A stretch of 64,000 bases of DNA from Candidatus Iainarchaeum sp. (GCA_016187745.1 JACPJC010000006.1:64001-128000), one strand, 5' to 3'; shown: positions 34,616 through 45,239, numbered from the stretch's first letter. Notes: a model not told the origin generated them from the sequence alone. A program made the numbers and translations.

Positions 34616-36230
34616 TTTCAGCAAGCAGGGCGCGCAGGATTTCAGCAAATGCGGGCCTTGTGATTAATACCCCTACCAAAACGCCCATTATTGTTGTGAT
34701 TGCAAACCCGACCAATTTGCTCATTCCGAAGCCGAAGAGAATCAATGGGAACATTGTTGCAATTACTGTGGAAGCGGAAGCTACAACAATGAAGAAGGCG
34801 CGCTTAACCCGCGTTGCAAGCGAGGCTGCCTGTTCTCCGGAGCCTTTTGTGGCTTCGTCCATCATTACTATCTGGTCCCCCACTCCGGTTCCAAGAACAG
34901 CCAACAATCCCGCAACAGCGGCAAGGTCGATGTTCCATCCCAGAAGCGAGGAAAACCCGAGAATTAAATACACTTCGCACAGGACGATTGCCATATTAAC
35001 CGCTGTAAGCTTTGCAATTTTGTAGCGCAGATACATTACAAAGGTAACGGCAATAAGCGCGAATATCCCTATAATCAGGGTTCCTACCAAGAACTCATTT
35101 CCAAGCAATGGGGAAATCGTTTCCTTGCTTACACTATCAACTGCGACAGGGAGCGAGCCGGATTCAAGAAGGATTGCTAAATCTGAAAGCCTGCTCTCGG
35201 CATCGGTTTTGCTTGAGGCAAAGCCCCTTATTATGAGATCGGGGAATATTCTCGCGTCATTTATATTTGCAACATATGGGTCCATGTTTGTTATGTCCTC
35301 GCTCAGTGAAATGACCTGCCTTGCGCCTGAGGCGTGCCAGGTCCAGGGAATCCCTTCCGGAGAGGAAATTTCCTTCAGGGTGTAGCCAATCTCTTCAAGG
35401 GCTGATTTGATTTTCGGATTGATTTCAGGCGGAATTATCGCATACCTGTGCGTTAAAACAAGCGATTTGAGTCCGGATTCCTGCTCTGAGCTTAAGTTCT
35501 CATCAACAGTGAAATTCGGCGCATTTATATTGAGGAGCAGCTCATCAATTTTCGTGTTTTGGGGAATGCTCTGCAGCATGTTTCCTGCGCTCAATGCTGC
35601 CTTGTCCGAATTGTAAAGCGCAATGGGCATCAAAATTACGGATTCAACAGGCCTGTCAATGAAGAAATATGTCCTGTCGCAGTCATACTGGTTGCCTGAT
35701 GTTGCATTGTAGGAGGTTATCCTGCACCTGTGGAACGCGGCATTTGAGAAGCTCCTTGCGGCCTTTTCTGTCAGCGTAAACGGCAGCACCCACGCATAGC
35801 TGTTTGCTGATTCCTCCCTGAATCCGTAGCCCTTCGCGGGATCCCTTGAAATCATTATTATGTCCGCGCCGGTGAATATCACATTGGTATCTATTGTAAC
35901 CTCGAATTTCCCCTGCCTTCTGAGAAGCCCTTCCAGCTTCTCAACAGTTGCGGGGTCGGTTTCGGCAATTTCCGCAACAACAAACTCATCGCCCCATGAG
36001 CTTACTCTCGTATCCTTCAATCCGGTCCAGTCAAGCCTGCCTTCTATTGTCGCGCGCACCCTTGCCATTTCATCCGCGCTCTGCACCTTTTCAGCAAGAT
36101 GTATCTGGAAGAGTGTGCCTCCTCTAAAATCCATGCCGAATTTTATCCCATTGAGAAGTATTACAAATGTGAAAAGTATTACCAAAACAATGGGAAGAGC
36201 AACGCGCCAGTTTTTCAGCAATTGGTTCAT
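34611..36230 (-). CDS. secD: protein translocase subunit SecD
   Basis: GIKFGMDFRGGT, LESGSLPV, ISPLLG, IDLAAVAG...GTGVGDQIV, GFAITTIMGVLVGVLITRPAF. Confidence 0.93.
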   Translation of the reverse strand: MNQLLKNWRVALPIVLVILFTFVILLNGIKFGMDFRGGTLFQIHLAEKVQSADEMARVRATIEGRLDWTGLKDTRVSSWGDEFVVAEIAETDPATVEKLEGLLRRQGKFEVTIDTNVIFTGADIIMISRDPAKGYGFREESANSYAWVLPFTLTEKAARSFSNAAFHRCRITSYNATSGNQYDCDRTYFFIDRPVESVILMPIALYNSDKAALSAGNMLQSIPQNTKIDELLLNINAPNFTVDENLSSEQESGLKSLVLTHRYAIIPPEINPKIKSALEEIGYTLKEISSPEGIPWTWHASGARQVISLSEDITNMDPYVANINDARIFPDLIIRGFASSKTDAESRLSDLAILLESGSLPVAVDSVSKETISPLLGNEFLVGTLIIGIFALIAVTFVMYLRYKIAKLTAVNMAIVLCEVYLILGFSSLLGWNIDLAAVAGLLAVLGTGVGDQIVMMDEATKGSGEQAASLATRVKRAFFIVVASASTVIATMFPLILFGFGMSKLVGFAITTIMGVLVGVLITRPAFAEILRALLAEK

Positions 36231-36232
36231 AA

Positions 36233-37321
36233 TTATGCCTGCCTCTTTTTCTCCCGCCTTTCAGCATACCAGAGCAGCAGCGGGGCGTTAAAAAGCCATG
36301 TTGCAACAATGTCCCCAATCTGCCCGAAAAGAATTACAGAGGAAATCTCAAATATTACGGAAATCTGCATAATGTAGGAGCCTGCAAGCATTACCGCAAG
36401 GGCAGCAATTGCTGTAAGCGTCATTGTCATCCCTGTTATGAAGGAGCTCCAGGAGCGCTGTGCGGGAGTGTCCTCCCTTCTTGTAAGGACGCGCGTTGTG
36501 AGCAGTATGTCCGTTGCAATAGAATATCCTATGAGCATCATGAGCGCAGGAATTGTTGTAAGGGAGAGCGGAATTCCGAATATCGCCATTCCCGCAAGCC
36601 CTGAAAGAATGTCAAAAATGCCCGCTGCTATTACAGCAAGCGAGGGGATAATTTTCCTGAACAGCGCGAAAACCACAATGACAATCGCAATGAAGGCAAT
36701 GAACATTACAAACACCGCATTTTCCCAGAATGTTTTTCCGAGAACTGCGGAAATTTCGCGCTGCTCAACCCTCACATTTGAGCTCAGGCCGAACTCCTCC
36801 GCGATTATTTCCTTTATCTTGTCCTGGAAATACTGCTTTGATTTTGTGAGCGCGTCATTCGCAATTGAGACCATTTCCTCGGCATTTTCAGAATACAGCG
36901 GGGCGGCGTATTTTGAAAGGATTTTCACCGCGTTCCGCGCGTGCGAAATTGCCTGCTCCGGGGACTTCAACAAAAGCGAGTTGGCTGCTGTTATTTCCTT
37001 TTCCGCGGCGCTCAGCTCAAGGTTTTCCGAGAACTGTATGCTCGCGCCTATGGTGCCTGAAGAGGAAATTCCCGTAACTTGCAGGTTCTTAAGGCTGAAT
37101 TCCTGATTTAAAAGCGCTTCAAGCGACTTTGTGTCAATTTCCTTTGCCTGCGCTGTGCGGTCCGCGCGCAGTATTATGCGGGTTCCGCCCTGGAGGTCCA
37201 TTCCGAAGGTCACTCCGGGGAATGCCGCAACAATAATTATAAGTATGAAATAGAGCACTATGGGGATTATCATGTAGCGCTTGTAGTTTCCCTCGTAGAA
37301 TTTGCCTGCATTCCCAAACAT
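36233..37321 (-). CDS. secF: protein translocase subunit SecF
   Basis: FGMDLQGGT, ALMMLIGYSIATDILLTTRVL, GMTMTLT, TWLFNA. Confidence 0.93.
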   Translation of the reverse strand: MFGNAGKFYEGNYKRYMIIPIVLYFILIIIVAAFPGVTFGMDLQGGTRIILRADRTAQAKEIDTKSLEALLNQEFSLKNLQVTGISSSGTIGASIQFSENLELSAAEKEITAANSLLLKSPEQAISHARNAVKILSKYAAPLYSENAEEMVSIANDALTKSKQYFQDKIKEIIAEEFGLSSNVRVEQREISAVLGKTFWENAVFVMFIAFIAIVIVVFALFRKIIPSLAVIAAGIFDILSGLAGMAIFGIPLSLTTIPALMMLIGYSIATDILLTTRVLTRREDTPAQRSWSSFITGMTMTLTAIAALAVMLAGSYIMQISVIFEISSVILFGQIGDIVATWLFNAPLLLWYAERREKKRQA

Positions 37322-37482
37322 GTTTCTGCCCCGAAATAGCGATGCCGATTTATTTTATTGTTTTATTAATTGAATGAGATTAGTATTAAATAGGTTATTG
37401 TATAAGCACAATTAAAGATGAAGGCAGGAAATGAACTAATGGAGTTTGCATTGAAAACTGTTAAAGATGGAAAATTCATATT

Positions 37483-38586
37483 TTATTGGGAATAGAGCTT
37501 GTAAGCTCCGTCCTCTATTATATACAAATCATATTCTTTTTGCACATCCCCGTTCGGATCAAATTGTATTGTTCCTGATGCGCCTTCAAGGTTTATTGAA
37601 TTCAGGTAATTCTTTATCTGCGGGCCTGTTGTGTTGCCCGCTTTTATTGCATTTATGAGAATTGTTGCGGCATCATATGCTTCTGCCGCATAGGCATCTG
37701 TGTCTCTTCCATATTCTTTCTTGTATTTTTCTCTGAAATCTTGGGCTATTGAAGTGGTTGAGACATGCGGATATGTGAAGATTGTTCCATTTATTGCATG
37801 TCCTGAATTCTGTATTACATCATTGTCAGCAAATGTCTCCGGGCCGAAGAATTGCAGCTCCATGCCCAGTTCCTTTGCCTGCTTCAGAATTATCGGGGGC
37901 TCTTTTGCAAGCGAAACTATAATCAGGCTGTCTGGATTTTTTGACTGTATCTTCAAAAGCTGGGTCCTGAAATCCTTTGCATCCTGCTCAAAGGCCTCAA
38001 CCGCCAATGCCCCAATGTTTAATTCTCTAAGCCTATTCGCAATTACGTCCTTTAGTGCGGAGCCGTAATCATTGTTTATGAAGATGATTGCGGGCTTTCT
38101 GTATTTGAGATTATAGACTGCTTCAGCAAGGGTTTTTCCCTGCACCGCATCATGCGGAATTGTCCTGAAAACATATTCGCTTATTCCGGAGATTGTTGGG
38201 TTTGTTGAGCCTGCTGAAACCAGTACAACCCCCTCACTATCAACAACTGGCGCAATTGCAAGGGTTTCGCCGGAGCAAAGGCCCCCTAAAATTGCTTCAA
38301 CCCCGTCAATCTCAATCAGTTTTTTTGCGGCGGTTACGGCATCCCTTCCGCTGCATTTTCCGTCCTCAAAAACAAATTCAATATCGGCGCCGGAGTCCTT
38401 CAAAGCCAGAAGGGCGCCATTTTTCACCCCTTCAAACAAGGATGCCACATCGCCGCTAAGGGGGCCAATCACGCCGATTTTTGCCTTTTCCCTGTCTGCG
38501 GAAAACAGCGCAAATCCTGTCAAACTAATGCCGATTAGGGCAGCAGCCATAATCAAGGCAATTATCCCAAGAGCTAATTTCTTCAT
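37483..38586 (-). CDS. branched-chain amino acid ABC substrate-binding protein (LivJ/K-like)
   Basis: KIGVIGPLSGD, EDGKCS, GGLCSGET, YVFRTIPHD, DFRTQLLKI, AYDA, GASGTIQFD. Confidence 0.9.
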   Translation of the reverse strand: MKKLALGIIALIMAAALIGISLTGFALFSADREKAKIGVIGPLSGDVASLFEGVKNGALLALKDSGADIEFVFEDGKCSGRDAVTAAKKLIEIDGVEAILGGLCSGETLAIAPVVDSEGVVLVSAGSTNPTISGISEYVFRTIPHDAVQGKTLAEAVYNLKYRKPAIIFINNDYGSALKDVIANRLRELNIGALAVEAFEQDAKDFRTQLLKIQSKNPDSLIIVSLAKEPPIILKQAKELGMELQFFGPETFADNDVIQNSGHAINGTIFTYPHVSTTSIAQDFREKYKKEYGRDTDAYAAEAYDAATILINAIKAGNTTGPQIKNYLNSINLEGASGTIQFDPNGDVQKEYDLYIIEDGAYKLYSQ

Positions 38587-38664
38587 TTTCCACCCCAAAT
38601 AAACTGCTTGGGATGTGGAATAATAGGCCGGGGCTGACATATGTCATATTTTTAAAGTTTTCTA

Positions 38665-39378
38665 GTGAATAAGTTATTTATGGTCCTGGAAAAATTTAAA
38701 GAGGTAAAACTGGGCGTTTTTCACAACGATTGCTACTGCTCCGAAACAACCGCAAAATTCCCGGAGATTTTTGCAAGGCAGACTTCCCAGGTGAATATCT
38801 ACAAGAGGGCGGGTGAAAAGATTTTCTACAAAATGGCCTATAAACTTGAGTCTCCTGACCGGCAGTATTTGGAAAGCTATCTGGATTATGTTAAAAAATT
38901 CCCAACTGTGAAAAGCGTTAAAATATTCCATAAAACAAATTCAAATGCGTATATGCTCGCGGATGCTGTTTCAAATGGCTTGACATACAATGAGATATTA
39001 AAGAAGGGCATTATTTACTCGCATCCGGTTGATTTATACAAGGGATATGAGCTGCATTCCTTCATTTCAACAAAGCCGAAGGAGACAATTAAACTGATAA
39101 ATGAATTAAAGGATACCAGGGGGGAGGTAAAAATACTGGGGATTTCAGATATTGATGAAAATGAGAGGATTTTTGATCTGACCCCGAATCAAATGAAGGT
39201 ATTGAAGGTTGCACTGAGGTCCGGCTATTATGAATGGCCCAGAAAGGCGACGCTGGAGGAGATGGCTTCTTCCATCGGCTTGAAAAGGCGAACCTTCCAG
39301 GAGCGCCTGAGAAAGGCGGAAAACAGGCTTTTCCCAAAGCTGATAAAAAACTATCTGCCCCAGACTGAGGGCTTGTAG
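38665..39378 (+). CDS. Bat-type HTH_10 transcriptional regulator
   Basis: C-terminal LTPNQMKVLKVALRSGYYEWPRKATLEEMA...FQERLRKAE. Confidence 0.88.
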   Translation: MNKLFMVLEKFKEVKLGVFHNDCYCSETTAKFPEIFARQTSQVNIYKRAGEKIFYKMAYKLESPDRQYLESYLDYVKKFPTVKSVKIFHKTNSNAYMLADAVSNGLTYNEILKKGIIYSHPVDLYKGYELHSFISTKPKETIKLINELKDTRGEVKILGISDIDENERIFDLTPNQMKVLKVALRSGYYEWPRKATLEEMASSIGLKRRTFQERLRKAENRLFPKLIKNYLPQTEGL

Positions 39379-39387
39379 AATAAACAC

Positions 39388-40386
39388 TTATTTCTGCGTC
39401 AAATAGGTGTACTTGAATTCTTCAACAATGCTCAATACTTCCAGGTTCTTTATCACATCGCCGAATTTGTTTCTCAATTCAACAATCAATCCATCAAGCT
39501 TGGATTCCTCTATTTCGAGCTCCATATTCAGATCGTATACGCCGATTGTCCTGATCCAGAAGAGAATATTCGGGTGCTGCAATGCAAAATTATGAAATGC
39601 CTTTTCCCTTTCCTTTGAGAGGTTTTTCAAATTAAGGAGAATTGTGTAATAGCCCAAGCCGAGCTTTTTGAGATTTAACAAGACCCCGTGCCCAAGAATA
39701 ACTTTTTCCTTTTCAAGTTTTTTTATCCTGTTTCTGACAGTGTCTGGCGAAACATTGAATTTCCCCGCCATCTCTATTAATGTTAATCTGCTGTTTGTTG
39801 AAAGCTGCTCTAGAATTTTTTGCTCCAGGGAATCAACCTTAATTTGGCTGAATTTTCCGTCGTATTCTATCATTTCAACCGGCTGGCCCCCATACAAGTA
39901 CGCCCTGTTGAAATCCGAGAATGTGAGGCAGCTCACTACTTCCTTTTCCTGGATAAAATCCTCAAATCCGGCTATCGTTTCTTTGAAGAGATTCATGAAA
40001 TGGTTCGGGTCCTTTACAAACATCGAGACAATCATGTCCCAGCGGCCCCTGCACGAAACAACCCAGTTTGTATATTTGCTTTCAACAAGGCGCCTGATTA
40101 GGGCGTTTTCCCTTTCTGCCGAAAGGCTCTGGAAGCGCAGAAAAATCCTGTAGCCTATCGGGAAAAGCGCCCCCCTGTTGATAACGCAGTAAATTTTTTT
40201 GATGATGCCTTCATTGATCAGGCGCTGGATCCTGTAAGCAACAACATGCTCATTTGCCCTTGCCTTTTTTGCAATCGCCTTGTTTGATTGCCTCGAATTC
40301 TCTTCCAAAGCGGCCAATATCTTCTTGTCTGTTTTGTCGAGGGCAAAAAACTCCGCAGCCATATGCATAAAAACGATAAAAATCAT
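39388..40386 (-). CDS. tandem (double) Lrp/AsnC transcriptional regulator
   Basis: two HTH+RAM units: LDKTDKKIL...NSRQSNKAIAK and VDSLEQKILEQLSTNSRLTLIEMA. Confidence 0.9.
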   Translation of the reverse strand: MIFIVFMHMAAEFFALDKTDKKILAALEENSRQSNKAIAKKARANEHVVAYRIQRLINEGIIKKIYCVINRGALFPIGYRIFLRFQSLSAERENALIRRLVESKYTNWVVSCRGRWDMIVSMFVKDPNHFMNLFKETIAGFEDFIQEKEVVSCLTFSDFNRAYLYGGQPVEMIEYDGKFSQIKVDSLEQKILEQLSTNSRLTLIEMAGKFNVSPDTVRNRIKKLEKEKVILGHGVLLNLKKLGLGYYTILLNLKNLSKEREKAFHNFALQHPNILFWIRTIGVYDLNMELEIEESKLDGLIVELRNKFGDVIKNLEVLSIVEEFKYTYLTQK

Positions 40387-40479
40387 TAAAAATCTATTTT
40401 TTATAGCAAAATTATGAAAAAAGTGTTATTAATACTAAAAAACAAGTATTTTTATCGTTTAACTAGGGGTGATGAAAAA

Positions 40480-41628
40480 GTGAACAGGCGCATAATTCTG
40501 ATTTCGGCTGCGGTCATTGCTGTTGGTCTGGTTGTGTTTTTTGGCTTGAATCAAATGGGCCTTGCTGGCTTAAGCGCCCCGGAGGGCGCGGGAGGCACTG
40601 TTAAAATTGGCATAATGCTCCCTTTAACAGGCGATGCTGCATTGTATGGCGAGAGCATTGGAACTTCATTGGAACTTGCAAAGGAAGAAATAAATGCGGA
40701 GGGGGGCATTCTGGGCAGGGAAGTTGAATTGGTCTTGGAGGATTCCGCGTGCAATGCGAATGAAGGGGTAAAGGCAATAAACAGCTTAGTGAATTTGAAG
40801 GGATTGAAGCTCATCATTGCTGCGGAGTGCAGCGGCCCAAGCCTTACTGCTGCGCCGGTTGCGGAAGATGCAAAGGCCCTTTATCTGGTTGCTGTTGCAA
40901 GCAACCCTGACATAAAGTACGCCGGAGACTATGTTTTCAGAATCGCCCCGAGCGATGCGCAGCAGGGAAAGGATATTGCGCAAATTGTTTACGATGGGGG
41001 ATTCAGAAATACTGCGGTTTTATTTATGGACAATGCATACGGAGAAGGGATTGCGGGGGTTTTTATGGAAGAAATTGGAAGGCTTGGCGGAAAAGTTGCA
41101 ATCAAGCAGCGCTTCAACCAGGATGATTCTGATTTCAGGACCCAGCTTTTGAAAACTAAGGAAACAGGGCCTGATTCCCTGTTCGTTGTTGGCTATCCGC
41201 AGGCATACCAGCTCATAATCAAGCAGATGTATGAGTTGGGATTGAATGCGCAGATATTTGCAGGCGACACATTCAAGGAGGCATCCATTGTGGAAGCGCT
41301 GGGGGATAAGGTAGAAGGCGCTATTTTTTCAGCGTATGCTGAAAGCAATTCGGAGGAATTCAGGCGGTTCAAGGAAGCCTACAGGAAAAAATATGGAAAA
41401 GAGTACGGCCCATACGGGGATTATGGGTATGACAGCCTTTATGTGCTGAAAGCAGGCATTGAATATGCAAAAAGCTTTGATCCGGAAGTGCTGAAGGAGA
41501 AATTATACGGGGTTGAATATCGCGGGGTTACGGGCCTAACGAAATTCGACTCATACGGGGAAGTGGACAAGCCTTTCGGAATAATGACTGTGAAGGATGG
41601 GATGTTTGTGCCTTATGAGGCGGGCTGA
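40480..41628 (+). CDS. branched-chain amino acid ABC substrate-binding protein (LivJ/K-like)
   Basis: VKIGIMLPLTGD, EDSAC, YVFRIAPSD, DFRTQLLK, GVTGLTKFD; GTG start after GGGGTGA. Confidence 0.9.
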   Translation: MNRRIILISAAVIAVGLVVFFGLNQMGLAGLSAPEGAGGTVKIGIMLPLTGDAALYGESIGTSLELAKEEINAEGGILGREVELVLEDSACNANEGVKAINSLVNLKGLKLIIAAECSGPSLTAAPVAEDAKALYLVAVASNPDIKYAGDYVFRIAPSDAQQGKDIAQIVYDGGFRNTAVLFMDNAYGEGIAGVFMEEIGRLGGKVAIKQRFNQDDSDFRTQLLKTKETGPDSLFVVGYPQAYQLIIKQMYELGLNAQIFAGDTFKEASIVEALGDKVEGAIFSAYAESNSEEFRRFKEAYRKKYGKEYGPYGDYGYDSLYVLKAGIEYAKSFDPEVLKEKLYGVEYRGVTGLTKFDSYGEVDKPFGIMTVKDGMFVPYEAG

Positions 41629-41717
41629 AAAGGCAATTGGCGCAAGTAACATTCCGGAAATCAGCCTCCATCAATTAGTTAATTTAATTAACTCTTTTTT
41701 CCTTTATATTTGGTTTT

Positions 41718-42593
41718 ATGGTTCTGGAGCAATTGGCGGTAAATGGCATAATTGCGGGTTCTGAGTACGCGCTGCTCGCGATCGGGCTGACCCTGATTTA
41801 TGGAATTCTGAGGCTCATTCATTTTGCCCATGGGGAAGTGGCAATGGTGGGGGCTTACAGCGCTTTTGTTGTTAGCGTGGTTTTTGGCCTGCCACTGATT
41901 GCAGGGTTTTTTGTCGCAATTGCCGCAGGGGCATTGCTTGGAATCGCAGTCAACAGGATTGCGTTCAGGCCGGTAAGAAAACAGCACATACTTATCGGGC
42001 TCATTACAGCAATTGCGGTTTCAATTCTGCTGCAGAATGCCATTGCATTGTTTTTCGGGAATGACATAAAAACATACAATCTGGGGGCTGTTGAGAAAGG
42101 GATTGAAGTATTTGGATTCATCATAACAAAAACGCAGATAGTGATTGTTTTTACAGCAGTTGCCTTAATGCTGCTGACCTGGGCATTCATTAAGAAAACA
42201 AAAATAGGGCAGCAGGTGAGGGCGGTTGCGGACAACAGGGAACTGGCTGAAAGCATCGGAATTGATTCTGAGAAAGTAATCGCATGCACCTTTGCATTTG
42301 GCTCTGCCCTGGCTGCAGCAGGGGGAGTATTAATTGCGGCCGAAACAAATTTAGCGCCAATGATGGGCCTGATGCCGAACATCAAGGCATTTGCTGCAAT
42401 TATTGTTGGAGGCATTGGAAGCATTCCGGGGGCGATTTTTGGCTCATACTTCATTGGCCTGGCCGAGAATATTGGGATATGGTTTTTGCCTTCAGGCTAC
42501 AAGGATGCGATTGCATTCTTTATTCTCGTAATTTTCCTTTTGTTCATGCCAACCGGAATTTTCGGTAAGAAGAAGGAGGGAATTGAGCAATGA
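41718..42593 (+). CDS. livH: branched-chain amino acid ABC permease LivH
   Basis: NGIIAGSEYALLAIGLTLIYG...HFAHGE, KAFAAIIVGGIGS. Confidence 0.92.
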   Translation: MVLEQLAVNGIIAGSEYALLAIGLTLIYGILRLIHFAHGEVAMVGAYSAFVVSVVFGLPLIAGFFVAIAAGALLGIAVNRIAFRPVRKQHILIGLITAIAVSILLQNAIALFFGNDIKTYNLGAVEKGIEVFGFIITKTQIVIVFTAVALMLLTWAFIKKTKIGQQVRAVADNRELAESIGIDSEKVIACTFAFGSALAAAGGVLIAAETNLAPMMGLMPNIKAFAAIIVGGIGSIPGAIFGSYFIGLAENIGIWFLPSGYKDAIAFFILVIFLLFMPTGIFGKKKEGIEQ

Positions 42594-43483
42594 TTGAGGC
42601 ATATATACTGCATCTGCTGATCTTCATCTGCATTTATGCAATTCTTTCAATGAGCCTGAATCTCATTACGGGATATGCGGGCATGCTTAACTTGGGCCAT
42701 GCTGCATTCTTTGGAATCGGGGCATATGCCTCTGTTTTGATTGTCATGGCAGGATTTCCATTCTGGCTTGGCTTTATTGCTGCAGGCGCAATTGCCGCAT
42801 TTTTCGGGCTGCTCCTGAGCGTTCCGGCACTGAGGTTGAGGGGGGACTTCCTTGCAATTGCAACTCTTGCTTTTGGGGAAATAATCCGGAGCATCTTGGT
42901 GAACTGGACCGAATTTACAAGGGGGCCGCTTGGAATCCCCGGCATACCAAAGCCTGAAATTTTTGGAATTGCTTTTGATTCGCTCTGGATGTATTTTATT
43001 CTGGCTTTTATAATTGCCGCAGTTGCATACTTTGTTTTGAGGCATTTGCTGAATTCAAATTTTGGAATTGCCCTGAAGGCAATAAGGGAAAATGAATCTG
43101 TTGCTGCGAGCCTGGGAAAAAATGTGAATCTGCTCAAAATGCAGGCATTTGTTGTTGGCGCATTTTTTGCGGGCCTTGCGGGGAGCCTCTTCGCCCACTA
43201 CATTACTTTTATTGACCCGGGAACTTTTGTCCTCGGGGAAACAATACTGATGCTGCTTATGGTTGCGCTCGGGGGGATGGGAAGCCTTGAGGGAAGCATA
43301 CTTGGCGCAATAATCCTGATTCTGCTGCCTGAGCCCCTGCGCTTTATAGGGCTGCCTTCCGCGGTTGTTGGGCCGCTAAGGCAAATTATTTATGCAGCAA
43401 TACTCATAGTATTAGTAATAAAAAAGCCCAGGGGGCTGCTTGGAACGCAATGGTTTGGGGGGATTGTAAGTGATAGCAATTGA
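42590..43483 (+). CDS. livM: branched-chain amino acid ABC permease LivM
   Basis: SLNLITGYAGMLNLGHAAFFGIGAY, LRLRGDFLAIATLAFGEI, AIRENE. Confidence 0.92.
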   Translation: MIEAYILHLLIFICIYAILSMSLNLITGYAGMLNLGHAAFFGIGAYASVLIVMAGFPFWLGFIAAGAIAAFFGLLLSVPALRLRGDFLAIATLAFGEIIRSILVNWTEFTRGPLGIPGIPKPEIFGIAFDSLWMYFILAFIIAAVAYFVLRHLLNSNFGIALKAIRENESVAASLGKNVNLLKMQAFVVGAFFAGLAGSLFAHYITFIDPGTFVLGETILMLLMVALGGMGSLEGSILGAIILILLPEPLRFIGLPSAVVGPLRQIIYAAILIVLVIKKPRGLLGTQWFGGIVSDSN

Positions 43484-44108
43484 ATTGAAGGGAATTTCAA
43501 AAAAATTTGGCGGGGTTACTGCACTTGATAATGTTTCCTTCAAGTTGGAGAAGGGAAAAACCCTTGGGCTTGTTGGGGGCAATGGCTCCGGAAAAACAAC
43601 CCTGCTGAATTCAATTACAAAAATGGTTGCTCCGGACAGGGGGGAGGTTTATTTCAAGGGAAAGCGCATTGACAAACTTCCGGCATACAGGATTGCAAGG
43701 CTTGGCATCGGGAGAATATTCCAAACCGGGGGAGTTTTCAAGAACATGACTGTGCTTGAGAATTTGCTTGTTGCATCCGACGGGAAGAGGGAGAATGAGG
43801 CAGAGAGAATTCTGAAGGAAGTGGCATTGCTGGAAAAGAAGGGTAAAAAGGCCGCAACCCTGAGCGGGGGCCAGCAGAGGCTGCTTGAATTCGGAAGGGT
43901 AATGGTCAGGAATGATGAATTGATCCTGCTTGATGAGCCGTTTGCAGGGGTAAGCGCGGAAAACAGCAGGAAGATTGAAAGCGTAATAAAAAAACTTCAG
44001 GAAGAGGGCAAGACAATTATCCTGATTGAGCACGACAGCGCAAGAATCAAAAGATTGTGCAACCAGATAATCGAGCTTGAGAAGGGAAGCATAATTAGAA
44101 GAGAATGA
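43470..44108 (+). CDS. livG: branched-chain amino acid ABC ATPase (LivG-like)
   Basis: KKFGGVTALDNVS, GGNGSGKTT, LSGGQQRLLE, LLDEPFAG, LIEHD. Confidence 0.85.
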   Translation: MIAIELKGISKKFGGVTALDNVSFKLEKGKTLGLVGGNGSGKTTLLNSITKMVAPDRGEVYFKGKRIDKLPAYRIARLGIGRIFQTGGVFKNMTVLENLLVASDGKRENEAERILKEVALLEKKGKKAATLSGGQQRLLEFGRVMVRNDELILLDEPFAGVSAENSRKIESVIKKLQEEGKTIILIEHDSARIKRLCNQIIELEKGSIIRRE

Positions 44109-44240
44109 ATGTGCCGTTCACCTGTCAGCCCTAACGGTCAGGCAGCTCGCAGGCATTCAGGAATTACTTCAATCTGATCTGGAAGATTGCGACAAATTAG
44201 ACTGCATTATATTATATCCTTTTCTTTGCTATTTTTTATA

Positions 44241-45239
44241 ATGCAGAATAAAATCCAGGAGCTGCTTGACCACGCATTCGGGCAGGCGAGGAAACGCGCG
44301 GAAAAACTGCCTAAAATGAAGAACAAGTTCAAGCGCGTGAGGATTGAGGAAACCACAAAAATAAAGGCCGTGGCGGATGCGCTTGCAGCGGGGCTTGATA
44401 AGGTTGTTGAGGAATTCCCGGACTTTTCAAAATTGCATCCGTTTTACGCGGAGCTGTTTGATGCGATTGTGAGCGTTGCAGAACTGAAAAAGGCGCTTGC
44501 GCACATAAGCGATGCCGCGGAAATAATAAAGAGGCTTAAGCACAGGAAGATTTACGAAATTGGCAGCATTTACAGGAAAACAGAAACCGAGCGCATGTCG
44601 GCAATAAGGAATGAATTTTACGGGCGCGCGGCATCGGTTGTGAATGACCTGCAGGGGAGCTTCGGGGTAATCGAGAATGCGCGGAGCAAATTGAAGGAGA
44701 AGCCGGAAATAAAATTTGACCTGCCGACTGTTATAATTGCCGGCTTTCCGAATGTCGGGAAAACAACAATACTGAAGCGCCTTACGGGGAGCGAGCCGGA
44801 GATTGCGCCATACCCCTTCACAACAAAATCAATAAAACTGGGCTATTTCAAATTGAAGTATGAGAAAATCCAGGTTATTGATACGCCCGGGCTGCTTGAC
44901 AGGCCCATGGAAAAGCGCAACGCGATTGAAAGGAAGGCTGTAATCGCAATAAGGCACCTTGCGAATGCGGTTGTTTTTGCGCTTGACGCAACAACATATT
45001 CGGGATACAGGCTCGGGGAGCAGATGCACCTGCTGAAGGAAATAATGGGCGCATTTGGGAAAATCCCATTGATTGTTGCAATAAACAAGGCGGACCTTGC
45101 TAGCGGGGAAGAAATTGAAAATGCGAAAAAGTCCGTGAAGGAAATCGGCATAAATGAAACCGTCCTGTGCGGGGAAGGCATAGGGGATGAGGCGCTTAAG
45201 GAGAAAATAATGAGGATGATTCAGCGGAAATCCGCTTAG
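44241..45239 (+). CDS. NOG1-family GTPase
   Basis: LHPFYAEL, AGFPNVGKTT, PEIAPYPFTTK, DTPGLLDRP, RNAIE, NKAD. Confidence 0.93.
   Translation: MQNKIQELLDHAFGQARKRAEKLPKMKNKFKRVRIEETTKIKAVADALAAGLDKVVEEFPDFSKLHPFYAELFDAIVSVAELKKALAHISDAAEIIKRLKHRKIYEIGSIYRKTETERMSAIRNEFYGRAASVVNDLQGSFGVIENARSKLKEKPEIKFDLPTVIIAGFPNVGKTTILKRLTGSEPEIAPYPFTTKSIKLGYFKLKYEKIQVIDTPGLLDRPMEKRNAIERKAVIAIRHLANAVVFALDATTYSGYRLGEQMHLLKEIMGAFGKIPLIVAINKADLASGEEIENAKKSVKEIGINETVLCGEGIGDEALKEKIMRMIQRKSA

Noticed and set aside
44168-44192. TPP riboswitch-like TCTGATCTGGAAGATTGC
   Set aside because: The CTGAGA motif and the remaining TPP helices are absent, and no thiamine gene follows.
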